Positions 40,001 to 55,000 of a DNA stretch of 64,000 nt are shown here, in pieces. Source of the DNA: Botryllus schlosseri. Taxonomy: Eukaryota. Where the stretch lies: assembly GCA_051294905.1 (NCBI GenBank), contig CM119378.1, positions 15,190,001 to 15,254,000 of the forward strand, written 5' to 3'. The translations under genes were made by a program, and so were the position numbers. Under the pieces are notes generated by a model, which ran no database searches, had not been told where the DNA came from, and was given only the letters and a program-made list of their open reading frames with translations. Numbering within the stretch: the stretch's first letter is position 1; each line of letters begins with the position of its first letter.

Positions 40001-43000
40001 TCTGCTCCATAGTGTTTGCCGTTTCGACGGCGGCTTCTTCCAGCAGAGGTCGCATTGTTTCCAGTTCCTCTTGCATTTTCGCAACGTCTTGCGCTGTGCT
40101 CAGAAGCTGTTAAAATACACAGGTGTCTACCAGTGATAATTGCTGATTAGTAGTAGTTGTCATGCTATTGGTGATGTGGTTCTTTATTATGATTCCTGAG
40201 CTGCTGACTAACAGCATAGCCCACTTGTGTTGTAGGCAGACAGAGAGATTTTATTTCATTCAAAGCAAATTTGCACCGATACTTGAAGCAGATAATCAAA
40301 ACGATATGACCATATTCAAGAATCAACTCAACTGTTATCAACGGAGTTTATGGTGCATAAATACATTACAACTATACGTCCATAAGATTCAATGAAAAAT
40401 AGATAACGCAAGGAATTTGAGTCTTGTCAGTCCTCAGTCTCGCCCGATATCAAAATAAAAACAAGGCAACAAGGTACAGCTCAGTTATTGTAAGGCACAG
40501 ATTATGCGGAACATTTTACATTCAAAATTTAACATTCAAGACGAAAAACGATTATTAAAATACTTATTCGTGTAATCATCCTATAAACTTTTTCGGGAAT
40601 GAGAGCCCCGTTCATGAAATGCACTGTTGTTGGCATCCAAAAAGGACGCCAAGGATTAAAAAAACTTCTCACTTTGTCGAGACCAATCTTCATTCTGTTG
40701 CGGTTGGTCGTCAGCTCCGAGATTTTCATGCCGATCAGCTTGCCGAAAATGCCGAGCAGCTCCAAGTACGAAGTGGGCGTGACGTAGTTGTGACGCGACA
40801 GTTCCGTTAAGAAGCGCCTTGACGCGCCCGCCACCGATTGGTGCATCTCGACGCACATCGAAACCATTCCTAAACAGTAACAAGAAATATATGTAGTGGT
40901 GCAGCATTTTTAGATCTAGTTGATATTTCAAATCGTATAATATTCCAGACATGGGAAGCTTCCGTTTGATAAATGAATGTTAAACTATCCTATCTCCCAA
41001 TCACGGACGGTGACACATACCTTGCATCAAGTCCTGGTTGGAAGTGTCGATGTCGGTAATTTCGCCAAGGAAAGTGTTGGCGACGCTCTGCAAAGCTTCC
41101 TTCGGCCATTCGCTGAACCAATCGATGGTGCAGCACGTGATGAGAGACGGGAACATACGCAAGCGGGCGCGGAAGACTTCTCCGATAGGGCTGCGGAAAT
41201 GGAATGAACTGTGAGTTTGCTGACTTTGAAACCGTCCAGATACGAGATTATTGCGACATGTGTCAAAACACCGAGTGTCATGATAAGGCGGTATTGAAAA
41301 TAGAGACTGTCAAAACAGTAGGTATGTCATAACAAGTAGAGCCATAATAGAAAAACCTTAAAAATAGCTTGTGCCGTAACAGCGAGACACTCAAAATAGC
41401 GTGTCATTCAAAATATCCCAACCTACACCTAAACTTTCATCTATCCCTAACATTAGAAAACCTGACCCTTAACGTTAATATAAACCTAAACCTAACCTTT
41501 GCTATTATCATACTCACTATCTTTAATGCCTTTCTATTTTGAATCACTCGCTATTATGACACTTGGTATTTTGTCCGGATTTGTTTGACATTCAGATTAC
41601 CTTTTTTTAAATAATATTCATTTGTATGCTACATGTTCTACTTATCGTTATTGCAAAGAGTCTCAGTTTCAAAGGTGTTGGTAAAAGCAGGACAGCTAGT
41701 ACAAAAGCAGATGCTAATGCAACGCGCATTCCAAATCCCCCATACTACACTATATAGTCGTCAAAGGGTAATTTTCATATCAAATTAGGTTGTAATTCAG
41801 TACAATAATCTGGATACGCTACCTCATGCAGATGATCGAATGCAAATTCGCCTTGACTCGTTTCGTGAAAGCGTTGAACAAATTAGACTTGGTCGGCGGC
41901 AATCCCGAGTCCAACACGACGGGTTTCATCGCGGTGAAAATTCTGTCCTGATCGTCAAAGTTGTAGATGTTCGGAACGTCTCCCGAGTTGAGAATGTTGT
42001 TGAGATCTTCCAAGAACGACTCGTTTTTGATCTGCGTGTCGCAGAACAGGAACACGATAGGCTGGCTCTGCAGGCCGGCTTTGAGCATGCACGTTTTGAT
42101 GTCTTCCTTCCACTCGTTGATGCCGTAGTTTTTCGCCAGTTCGATTTGGAATAATTCGTAATCAGCCCTGCCAGAATTATGGTTTAATAACTTGGAAGCC
42201 ATAGCTACTAATAGAACAATACATCTAATGGTAGAATGTAGTCTTATGAAAACTGAGAAAAGATGACCGAATATGCCTTGGTGGTGAAAGTAATTGTCAG
42301 GGTGACCTAACCGCATAAAATGACTACTAAAGTATCAGTGGATAACGGAGGTTCTTGGTCACGAAGTACTTCTAATTCCACAGTACCAAGTACATTTTGC
42401 ACAATTTACCACTTCAATTTACTACTCGGAGGCTTTTTAGGCGAACTTACAAACTTTTTAGGCTTTAAAAGTAAGAGTAAAAGTAATGCTAACCTTATAT
42501 AGATCTAACAAATTGGCATTAACGATACTATGTGAGTGCAAAGTCATTAATTTTCTACTGCGACACAATTTTCACTTGCCTTAGGTCTGAAATATGATAC
42601 CTTTTACCACTCTGACCTACATGCGGTATTTCATCCACCTTAGTATTGAATAGTCTATTGATATTGAAATGAATCTGAATATTTTCGGCTGACACTCGTC
42701 AGGGGTAATCGTCAGCAAGTAGTAGAGAATCGGAAAGAACATTGTATATCAACAATTTTATCACAAAATATGACGACACCAGCATGAAATTTCGAATGAT
42801 CGGTGCCGGTGACGTCATATTTTGTGATAAGATTGTTGAACTACAATTTTCTTTCCAATTCTATACTACTTGCTGACCATTACCCCTGACGAGTGACAGC
42901 CAAAAATATTCAGGATTATTTCAATATGAATATACTTTCAATTGTATATTGAAGTTCTGTACCTTCAAGAAGCTCTTCAAGTATCTTAGTGTTAAAATTT

Positions 43001-46000
43001 GGAACAACGAACCCGCAATTGCATGCATAACTTACATATGAGTGGCAAGTCGTGATAAACTCTGTCGCCCACTGCCACCGACTCCAAGCAGCAGAGCGTT
43101 TCCGAGCGGTTGTCTGATAATTCGAGAAATCCTACAGATATGCTGGACGGCGTCCAAGAAAAGCACCAGTTTCATCTGAGCTGTGTTCACTTGGTTGTAA
43201 TCTTCGAGGAACTCTTCGATAACCCCCACCATCTGTGAGTAAACACCAGTGCTCATTAGATTAGCAGTTAGTCAAACTAGCCATTGTTGCCACTCCGGCA
43301 CAAATATAAGCAATACCGTAACCTTTGTTTGTGAATTGCTGGTGCAATTTTTAAAATTGCGAGATGCATTTTGCGATTAATGCAAAATAACTAATGGCGA
43401 TGAAAATAGGTGAAATTTGTGAAATTATAATCTGTTACTATCGAAAGGGTCTGTATCGCTCAGTTGTCATGGCAATTTTATTCAATAAGTGATGAGAATG
43501 TCTTCTTACACTACTTTTTACTAGACAAAATAAAAAGTAAGAAGTCAAGTGAGCAGTTTGACTTCAAAAGCTGTTGAACTAAAAGTGGAATCAGTCAAAA
43601 ATTGTAATCATTTGAGTACGTAGTGGAGGAAGAAAAAGCCCACTTGAGCATTCTAAAAAGTATAATTACATTGTAATAAGTTACAAATATAATCTATTAT
43701 TTGGAGATACTCTGATTATTATTATCGAGTGAAATTGTGGAGCAGTGATGTCCTATTTTGAAGACATACATACCTTGGCGTGGTCCTCGATGTAAGTGTA
43801 TAGCTTATTGTCGGAGTTTGGTTGCATAAAATCTCCAAAAAGCACCGGTTTCAATGGGATCACCTCTTCCAAAGGCATCTAGAAAGAAAAGCTTAATTAT
43901 TGCGCTTCATTGCTAATGTCATTTGATGATGGACGATGTTAACTCAACAAACATCCATCATATACTATTATATATAAGACCATGACCAAAAGAGGCAGCA
44001 GATTTGATACGGAAGGCTCCATCTAGTCATACAGGATGGGCAGTTAGCAAAATAAGCCGGCAGAGTTGTAACACCTTTTGACAAAGCATGATGTCGCACA
44101 AAGAAAATACAGATGTTTTACAAATCCAATATCAATGTCATATTCACTAAAAACGGCATCCTATTCATGATAGCAGAAGGACTATTTACGACAAATGAGG
44201 GTGGCTGATAAAGAGTAAACGGTGTACGAGAGTTACGTACTTTGAAGTTGTTCACAATTTTTTCTTCCAGCATGTTCGCAAACCAACTCCTGTCCTCGTC
44301 GTTGACAAGACGATCTTGAAATATTCGGCAACACTCGTGATACCACAATCTCAGAAGCATTTCCTTCGTCTGTATAATATAGCAAGTTAGTCCACAATTG
44401 ATAATCATGAACATACACTGCACTTGTTAGGTTACGGGAATAAATTATGACTTCGGATTCTGCAGCAGCATTACGAGTAATATCCCAATCCGAAACTTGC
44501 GATAACAGCATATGCTATACTACAACCTAATTGATCATTGGAAATAACTTCTCAATCATGCTCTGGCAGAAAAGCTCATGATGAGATCCCACTATACTGA
44601 GGTTCAGCCCGTGGCAAACTTCAGAAACGTGGACGATTTGATACTTTTGCGAGGTAAATTGTACTGTGGAAAACTGACAAAACAGAGTCTCGCCACTTTA
44701 TCTTTTCTTAATGTTGCGATTTGATGGGTTTCAGAATGATAAAAATCACAACGGGACAATAAATATATTATCGGATATCAAGTAAACTGGCCAATGAAGC
44801 CAACATCCTGGCCAATTGCCGGGATTGTGGTCCAGCTTATATGCGGTTTATCTATGCTCATTAATCCTCATCATATAAACGTTATTTCTCTCACAATATA
44901 GTCAGGTCTATATGCTGTTAGGCATTCCCATGCGCATAATTCACCTCGACTTTGGTAATGTCCATCATCAGCATTCCCTGGAAGACCTTGGAAAGATCCC
45001 GCAAATTGAAAGTGTAATGGGATTTGGCCGGCGTGGGCAAAAGTTGGTTTGTAATCGTGTCATACATCAGTATCGTGGATTCTACGATTTCGTTTGAAAG
45101 GCTCTGGATTTCTTCTGGAGCTGGTTCTAATAAAGTAGAACGGGTTTGATTGGTGACGCTGACAAAGCATTTCACGTCGAGTTGCAATGTAATACAGAGG
45201 TGGTCAGTAACGAAATACTTCTGCTTTTCTGGAGTAGACAAGTTGGTATTGCGTTTTCGCACTACTTATTGAAGTGAATTTGTTTTTAGACAACCTACAG
45301 TTACAGTATTAATTTTTTCACTTTGGATTTCACAAAGTAGAAAGCACTATAGAGATATGTTTACGTCACTTCTGTGACTGAAATTGGTATATAAGTGGGG
45401 GTATATCGCCCTTGTGTCCCGGCAATTGAATATATTTTTGAATATTGTAGCAGAAAGTTGCTTATCCTTTTCCGATAGTCAATGAGATGCATCCTGTAAT
45501 TTAGAAACTAGCCACCTTCGATTAACTGCTAAACATATGCGATCCCTCGACTAAATCTACTTTTTGCAACTAATCAATTGAGAGCACTTTTAAGATTTCC
45601 GACCTTAATTTTCTACATCCACTTGAAGAAGTATTGACATGTCATAAAAATCACTGCTTCTACTCGTAATTGAGTACAAATTTATGTCAATACTTTTACA
45701 TCAACCTAGCACCAATGTTGACAAAGTTAGACCACCTCTGAATACAGTGTGATGATTACGTAGAACATAATTCAATGGTATACTTTGATATCGAGCTATT
45801 CGCAGCAGTTACACCGATTCAGTTTGGGTACAAACATCCTTGGTTGATACAGGCATGTGAAACGTGAATGTATGATGAAAGTTACCTGCTACTTGCATAA
45901 TAAAATCATGATGAATCCCTGTCAGTTCTTAGCAGAAGTGTGACTAACCTGAACGCATTCAATGCACTAACACTGAACCTTTCCTGACTAGACAGAGTTT

Positions 46001-49000
46001 CTACCACAGACGTCTTTTTAGAACGATACAATTTTTCTATCTAAGCTGCAAATCACAACGGGAGGGTGAAAGTCAATTTCCACAGATGTACAAGCCTACA
46101 ACTTATTCTCATCTAACTCCAGAACACATCAAACTTACAGACAATCCGGTTTCATAGTGGAGTACCAAAGACATACACTCTTATCATGTTTTCGAACGGG
46201 CAAAATGATGCACGAAAAGTGAATCTCTATGCTCTACAATGGAATTCTATGTGAGATGTAAAGTCTGTAGTTGAACACTACAGACACGATTTGCGAATGG
46301 AAAGCGTCAGCCATGATGAATATGAACAGCTGAAGGTCTAGCTAGGACAGTACCTACTACTTTTACTGATTTCACTTACTGTCCATCGGGATTTGGCTCA
46401 AATTTCCATCTGCAAGAAAATAAAAACATAACCAATTAGCGTCCCGTTTGTCTCTACACAGACTTAATATCTGTTCTTACAATGGCTTGCAGTGACAATG
46501 AATGTTTTCAAAATATTTCCTTATACAAAGATGCCACTGTCTCATAATGTTCAATTGAATGGTGTATTCATATTAAAATAAACCTAAATATTGTACACCA
46601 ATAATCGTATCACCAAATATGACGTCACGGCGTGTTTGGTCATACGATTGTTGATATACGAGCAGGCTTACTTCTACACTGGTTGCTGCTGACTACTGCA
46701 TTGATATAGGGTTATTATGTTCCTGGGAGTAGAAATATAGCTAACCAAAGTAATATAGGTTTAGCTGGCTGACTACTTGACCTGGAATCCTGTATCCTGG
46801 TGAGATCTTCTTAAGACGCAGATATTACGCAAGACATACGAATATATTTCAGACGTTGACACCAGAAGGTTTAGCAAATGAGTCTAGCTGATTCTCTCGA
46901 ATAAGGGTTTTATACTAGAGGCAATTACTCTTGGATGTGATATATTCAGTGGAGTGGATGCTGAAATAATTCGGGTTTTCTCCAAATGAACATACTATTC
47001 ATTGTATATTCAGTAACTCCAAGATTCTCCTTTCGTAATTTTCAAATAACCGACTAGCTCCCTTGACTATTTCTGTCTTACATCACTCTACCCTGATTCT
47101 TCATCTATAGCAAGACATATCGTCTCTTATATGAGACTTGAGTATCAGATGATAAGTCATACTACGCCAGTTTTTCACAATGGTGGAGAATATTCATATT
47201 TTGTTGGTTTTGGGCAAGACACATCGCCCCGTAATTTTTGATTGTAAGTCGTACTTAGCCAGCTTTTCACGATGGTGGAGAAGATTCTGATCTTGCTGGT
47301 GGCCTCCATTTCGGTGCACGAGATGTAGTTGAAGTGCCGGAGCAGCCGTTGTGTGATGGGGTTTCTGCCACCACCCGGTGGCCCCATTGCGCATACAAAT
47401 GAGATGTCGACCAAGCGTCGGAAGTCCCCTGCGAAAATACGGAAGATACGTTTCTGAAATTTGTAAGAACATGACTATCGCACTACCGTCCTAATCTCAA
47501 GTCATGCTTATACTCGAGTACGAGTCGAGTCATTTTAAGTACCGAGTATTTGAAAAAAAGACTCGAGTCATGGCTTGAGTCTTTACAACTCCTGCACTGG
47601 ACTGATATAAGATATAAAACTTGCACTCATTTTCGGGCACAAATCGGTCACAAACCAACACCAATATCAACCATTCGTATTGCGAAATGGAAAGAATTAT
47701 TCTCGTACCAATGACTTTTCGGTCGTACCATCCATTGTGGTCCATCCATTGCCGGATCAGCTCGATGGGAGGCTGGGCTCCATACTTCTCCAAAGAGGGC
47801 ATGTTCAGATCGTCAATGAAAAAGATTGCGTACTTTCCGAGAGGCGGGGCGTACACGCCCTTCCTTCTTTTGTCCAGTTTGCCGTCAATCAGATCCTGTG
47901 GAATAGAGACGGAAATGTTAGATGAGTATGGAATTTAATTTTGGGAGCTTGAGTCGTGAGTCAGACTACTTCCACTTCTACTTTACACTTTTTAGGCAAA
48001 AATCCAGGGTTGTAACCAAGTCACAAGGCTCCGAGTTACAAGTCACTCTCACTTTTACAGTTTTGACTCGAGTCAAGTCAAGTCATTTTTAATTCACCAC
48101 TGAGTCAAGTCCGAGTTCAAGTCAGCGAGCAGAGGGTCGAGTCCGAGTCATGATATTATGACTCAAGTCCAAGTCATTATGTTGACTGCTCCGTTTCCAG
48201 CTAAGTCTTGTTAAACCCACTTTTTAGAACTCTGTTTGGTGATATCGAATGGTTCGCATTTATAATATCTTAATTTTCCTCACTTTTAGCAGTTTCTGGT
48301 CGCATTTTCAAGTACCAGTACCAATAGACGAAATCCTAATAGTGCGGTTCCTTTACTATTCTTAGAAATTACAATGAAATGTTGGTCTTGGCCATATGAG
48401 TCTCGAGTCATATGACTTGGTTCGAGTCATGCGCAATGACTCGAGTTCAAGTCAAGTCATTTCCGTATTTTGAGAAAATGACTCGAGTAAAGTCGAGTCA
48501 TCAGAAAATCGTGTGATTCGAGTCATTACAACCCTGAAAAATACCTCCATTTTACCATTTGTGAAGAAAAATGCAGTTTTAGGATAGGTTTGCAAAGCCC
48601 CTGTATCACAGAAACTAAATGTATTTTCGAACACTTTCCAGACTTTGAATTCCTACTTCTAATTGAAATAGTTATTAAATGTCTTGGAAATCACAACTCC
48701 TACTTGTAATTGAGTGGAAATTTTTGACGTATCTTCTAATTCTACATAAATACAAACCTGACGACTCTGACACACCCTCATGCTCAGACTAGCAATGCTG
48801 CTCGCTGCTTTCATAAAGCTGTATGCTTATATTTTGACACATCTGCACGCATACATAGTGGATATTACCGTTTACCTGGGTCTGATTGGCAGACGTTTTC
48901 GCCGAGAACATCATAAAGTTGGGCACAAACTCGCTCGCCATGCCTTTCAGCAATTTGTCACCGACAACGACGGATTTACCTGTTCCAGTGGGACCGATGA

Positions 49001-52000
49001 CGATAACCTGTCAAGTAATAAATATCATCAGAACACCGCTATTGCCCAAAGATATAACCCTTTCCATCAATCAATTCACGGCATATTCGAATGGCTATTC
49101 TTATTGTATATCCGTTGATTTTCAAATATTGACAAGAAGCTTTCCTACACCGCAGCGATGAACGGAATTAATATTTCATGATTGAAATCAAAATCGAAAA
49201 GGAAATTCTGAATTTCTTCTGAATCTCATCCAAATCAGAGTTCAAATTTTATAATCAGGGTTGCCACATCATCTTTATTTCTCAGCTTTGTGTCCTTGAA
49301 AATAATATTTTGTACCCCTATTTGCGGCAAGTTTGTCCTTATTTTCGGCAATGAGGTGCCAACGCCAAAAGGACCACGAACTGCTTACATTAGGACTGAG
49401 AAAAAGTGCATTGTGACCATTTATAGTCACAAAAACGCTGGCAAATCCTTTGTTACTACAAAATATTTGATTGAATCAGGTAATAATTTCACGGTTTGTT
49501 TGGCTGTCCTTATTTTGTCATTCGTGACAATGGCAGCCCTGCCAAAAATGATTGAAATTTATTCAAAGTTGCATGAAAATTGGAAACGATTAGGAATTCC
49601 ATGTCCAGGTCCTCATCTGCCTTCAAAAACTGCAAAATAGATGCACATTCGATTTAATCTTGGCAAAAATCTTCATACACAAGTCCAAGTGCTATATTAA
49701 TGATTGAAACATATTCAAAGTCGCACGAAATCGGTGATGGTTAGAGATTCCCTGTTCCTATCTAAACCCGGGTTCGAAAACGTCGTAAATAAATCTACAT
49801 TTGGTTCAAATCAAGCAGAAATCTTCAAATTCAAACACATGTTTAATATCTGCAACTGGCCTTGAACTAGATAATTCTTGTTGTCTGGTAGACTAAATGG
49901 AGAAAAATGTCGGTAATCCAATTGTAATCTAATTTGTGAAATGTTTATATGCTCTGATTGTAACTCTAGTTTAATTACAGATTTTCCTGAAAATGCTACA
50001 GGAGATCTGTGTCGCCCAAACGAGCCAAGCTAGGTTCACAGAAATTTGTCATTATCATGCTTAATTAACTGTGATTTGATGGAATATACTTGATTTTTGT
50101 GATATTTCTTTCGAATAATAATACAATTCCCAAGGATTTGCAAATCCAGTAATTCTAATCGTAATTTAATTTGAAAAAACGTGTAGCTAAAAATCTTAAT
50201 TCTAATATGATTTGGAAACGCTGAAAATTTTCTGGCTCTCCAACTATCTATGAGACCCACCTGCTTTTTATGCACCACCAATTTTTCGAGTAAAGCCGCC
50301 GTACGTATCGTGTCAATCGTCGGTACGATAATGTCGGCGTACGGAGTGGACGGCGAGATCTCGATACCGGGGCTCAGCGTCAACCAGTTTTTCCATTGAA
50401 CCTGATCAAGATCGAGAATAACTAGTACGAGAGCAACTAAAAACGGTAAATAGTTGACTGTCAACCAACTAACTTGGTAGATACAATACAAAATAGTGCT
50501 AACCTGCGAATTTTCGGCGGATTTACCATCTTCATCATCAGCATCACCAGCTGATTCTTTTTGAGTGATGCCGGCCTCGTCGAGCTGGTAATCGAACACC
50601 AGACCCTCATCTGGGAATGGTATAGCCACCTGCAAACGATTGGAGATTATACCATGTTGCAATAGGCGGTCTAGTGTACTTCCTTATCCACAAGAAGCGT
50701 TCATCATGGCAATCGCCAAACAGGGTTCCCTGTGAACATGTCAAAATTTGTGGCGTCTCATGTGATCTGACCATCAACTGTCTTCTCTCAGAAACTTGAT
50801 GAGAACACAGTCAATGCTCATATGATACACCGCATGTAGGGTGGGGGTGTTCAAAAATGACTTTTTCTCAAATTGTACTAGCTACTTGATAAAATTGTTA
50901 GGTTACCTAATTTGAGAACACATACCAAATTTGGTTCAATTCCAGCCAGTAGCCGCATTGCTACAGGAAAAGAAAGTTTCGATTTATTATATAAAAATAA
51001 ATAAACCCAAATTTCAAAATTTTCTGTTCATCCCATGACAGTGTTAGGTTATTTATAGAAACAATGTTCACCAAATTTGGCTCAATTCCAACCTGCGGAA
51101 GCGGAGCGGGCACACCCATAATAAATAATTAAAGAATTGGTCACCGCAAATACTATTTTATTAATAATTTTTGACAGCAATAACTCTGCTTCCACTGGTT
51201 GGAATTGAACCAAATTTGGTGAATATCGTTTCTATAGACAACCTAACACTTTCATGGGGTGAGTAGAAAATTTTGAAGTTTTGGTTTATTTATTTTTAAA
51301 ATTATAAATAGAAACTTTCTTCTTCTGTAGCAATGCGACTACTGGCTGGAATGGAACCGAATTTGGTGTGTAGGCCTAAATTAGGTAACCGAACAATTTT
51401 ATCAAGTAGCAAGTATAATTTGAAAAAAAGTATGTTTGGAATACCCCTAAGTAGGGCTAAGATCTCGCGACAATTTATTACGTCAGTTGGCAGAGGCTTC
51501 TACTTGAGTAGAAGCAAAAGTTGGAACAACTTTGGATCTATTTCATGAATCAAATAAATTGCCCCCGCATTGTGGTAACTAAATATATATTCAAAGATTG
51601 CACTTGTTTGTAATGTCATTAGTATTTTTGTGTTAGTCGCGAAGACCACACCAACCCTGATTGGTTTACTTTGAAATTCACAAACACGCTATAGCGGAAA
51701 TTTGAACCGTAGTGTCTAACGCTGAAGACACGGAATTAACCAACTGCACCCCAAACTCACGTTGCTGCTCTTCATAATTTCTCGGACGTAATTGGAGAAC
51801 CTTTCGCGACCGTCATTGTCGCACGTGCTGCCGAGACTCCAGACGAAGGAAAAGAAAAACCACGGCTCGATAAGTTCCGGAATTCTGGCCAATTGAGCGT
51901 CGCTCAAGAACGGTTCGCCCTAATAAAAAGCACGGTATGAGAAAACAAGGAAAACTTTCCTAGCATAAAACGTAGATAACATGGATATAGCAGCTACAAT

Positions 52001-55000
52001 CTACAAAATAGGACATAATATGTCACACATGCTTTCACTACGACAAAACATCCAAAAATGGAATCGAATTTAACGAGAAGTGACGAAAAACAGCAACAGC
52101 TAGAGACGATACTGATCCTGAATTCAGAAAGAATCTTAAAATTGATTGTAGATTCGGTCAAATTTTTTAGCAGTAAATTTGATTTATCCCGTCTCTACGA
52201 TCAATAGCAATGGGACAAATCATCGATTTGGGTTCAAAATGTAGAATTTCAGCGAATTTAGTTTCGATATTTTATCACAGGATTCAAGGAATCAGATGAT
52301 TCATTGTGTGAGGCTGACCAAAGCACCATGCAATATAAATTACAATTCAAGACAATCTAAGTTGATATATTTGTCACTTTATATCGGCGAGAGAGAGAAA
52401 TCTGTTCAAGCGCACTATAGATAATTACATTTTTAATTTAAGTTCAATCAAACAGTTTACAGAAAATCAATATGGGTCCACATGCTATCAAAGCTAATCT
52501 TAATCGCTTGTCATGCATCAAAGAGGAGCTAGGAATAACATGTCACATTAATGAAATCTTATCGTATGAGCAATTTAAAGGAATTAAATAAGCTTTGCAA
52601 TTTAGCAAGGACTCAGTGGGTTTGAATGGAATCTTAGCTTCATTCTGCTTACTTTGAAGCAAACCAAGCACAGTTGTGGTACAGTATGTTACGGCATCAT
52701 TAATCATTGTATCGTGATAACAAGTTGTATTACAATGGCATGTCAGAATCAGATTTGATATCATATGGACAATTAGACATGGCAAGGGCCTACGTAAACA
52801 ACTACAATAAATATCTGTATACTTTAATGTAAAATATTCCAGTCCTAAAATGCACAATATATCAACAAAATCATGGCGTTGATCATAATCTCTAAGCAGC
52901 ATTCTCAGATTTTTGAAAATTATGCAACGAAAAATGGACCGCGCTAACACTACGATTGATTTAAAATGTACATTGTACGTACATGCATAGCATCAGGCAT
53001 ATTTATTAACGATTGGCGCGTACAGGATACCGCAATTTCACAATTGGATTTGCTTGTAAATTTTGATATCATGCGATTCGAGCATTTCGGCTTTCCCATG
53101 CTCACTTACGGGCGTCATAAATCTAGCGAAGCGCGAGTCTTTTGAAACTTTTGGCTTTGCTTCTCCCTTGGTTTATAATGGTAACGTTAATAAAGTCGAA
53201 TATGCTAGCTGGTTGGTAAGTAAGGTGTGAAGAAAGAGCAAAAATGGTGGTAACAAACCTCTTTCGGTATCAAAGGCGCGAAAAAACAGTCGAGCAGCGA
53301 TAGGAAGCTGAATACCAACTGGCCGTTGACCGAAGGCACCACTTCTTTGATATTGTGTCGCAAGAAATCAATAGCCGGCTGAAATAGATTGCAAAGTAAA
53401 GTATCGCATTAGCTGTGGGACTAGGTATGTGCAGATTAGTGGATTTCATATTTTCACAACCAAATCCCTTCCATGTTTGAGATTCATATCTGTGTCAATA
53501 CAGAATTACTTTTGAGTCAAGTCCAAAACTGAATGAAATTTATTCAAAAGTTGCATGAAAACTGGAGATTAGAAATTATATATCTAAATTCCAATCCAGC
53601 CTCAAAAACATCCAAACATCAGGCAAAACATCTTTAAATCGAGCTGTGGGACAAGAAGTGCAGAGATGTGCGGATTTCATATTTTCAACCTAATGCACGA
53701 GATTCCATTCTAAGTCAAAATCCAAATCCAAAATTTCTTTATAATCACATCAAAATTGAAGTCCAAGTCCTATAATGAGTATCATTAGTCTGAGTCTGAG
53801 CCGAAATCTGAACCCAGCCTAAGAAACATCAGACCTAGATCCAAGCTATATTCATCTCTGCCAGAGATTCGCAATTTTGAACGAATTTGATATTTCGTAT
53901 TGTGGACGTACTTCCAAATGCTGGTCGAACAGCCCCTGCAATTTCTGCTGGTGAGGCAGAAGGACGTCCGGCAGTTTTCGCATCCAACACTCAACGAACG
54001 GCGCCAGCCCGATGTATCCCGGCTCGAGGTACACCATTCCGCACCTGGACACAGTGGCCGGAGACGCTACCGCTAAATCGGCAACCTAAAATAAATGCCA
54101 TAAGTAATGCATTGAAATGTGCGAATCTCACTCTGACACAATAGGTTATAAGCTGGGACTCGGTGACAGCCTGGAAAATAGCATCAATTATGTTACTTTA
54201 AGAGGGTAGAGTTTAACTGAGACCACATACAATTATGGTGCTCTATTTCTATGATGGTAATTGGTCAGAAACAAAACATTACTTAAGTTTGATTCTCAAG
54301 TATGCTTCTTCCAGCTGCAATAGATACTAGGACGGACCGCTGCTTCTAACTGTTCCATCCAAGATCCTAACATTTTAACTATCAAATCGTGCCCTAGGGG
54401 TCACTATGGAATGATACGGCTGCTGAGACTATATTGTTAACATTGATATCAGTTTGATTGAGACTTTCATGATGCTTGCCATGAAAAATATAGATAGATA
54501 TAGTGCTACGTGGTTAATAGTCTTGTATTTGTATAAAATATGTATGCGTCGTTCTAAAATAGTATACAGATTTGAATTTGCAATTCGTTCAATAAACACA
54601 ATACGTCGTGGAGAAAATCAACGCGGTCTGAATGTCTGTATGTACAAGACACTAAGACAGGCCACAGAGGAACATCGAGCTAAGGTCGTTCACATGCACA
54701 AGAAGCATGCTGGAGTCACGTCATAACAAGATGATGACAATAACCATCGTTCAGCATTATAACGCCTGCGACAACACTGATAACTGTCAGCTAACTTTGG
54801 CCAAGTGTATAGTTTTCGGTAACTTTGACGAAAATGAAGCAAGAATCATACCTCAAACATCATGGTCATGTGCTCCGTGAGCTTGATAATTTCTCCGCTG
54901 CTCAAACATAGCTTTTTATTATCATCGAGCACAGTGTTCATGTTCTCAATCCAGACTGCGTCCACGGGGCCATCAAACATGTACCTGAAATTAACAGTTA

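Noticed and set aside
41440-41500. cctaac/cctaaa telomere-like motifs
   Set aside because: Too short and irregular for an interstitial telomere; likely part of a decayed interspersed repeat
50036-50662. 208-aa ORF that looks like one long dynein exon
   Set aside because: It is two exons (50504-50629, 50261-50401) joined by a stop-free 102-nt intron with canonical GT-AG; the intron translation ([10 protein letters not shown]...) is not dynein-like
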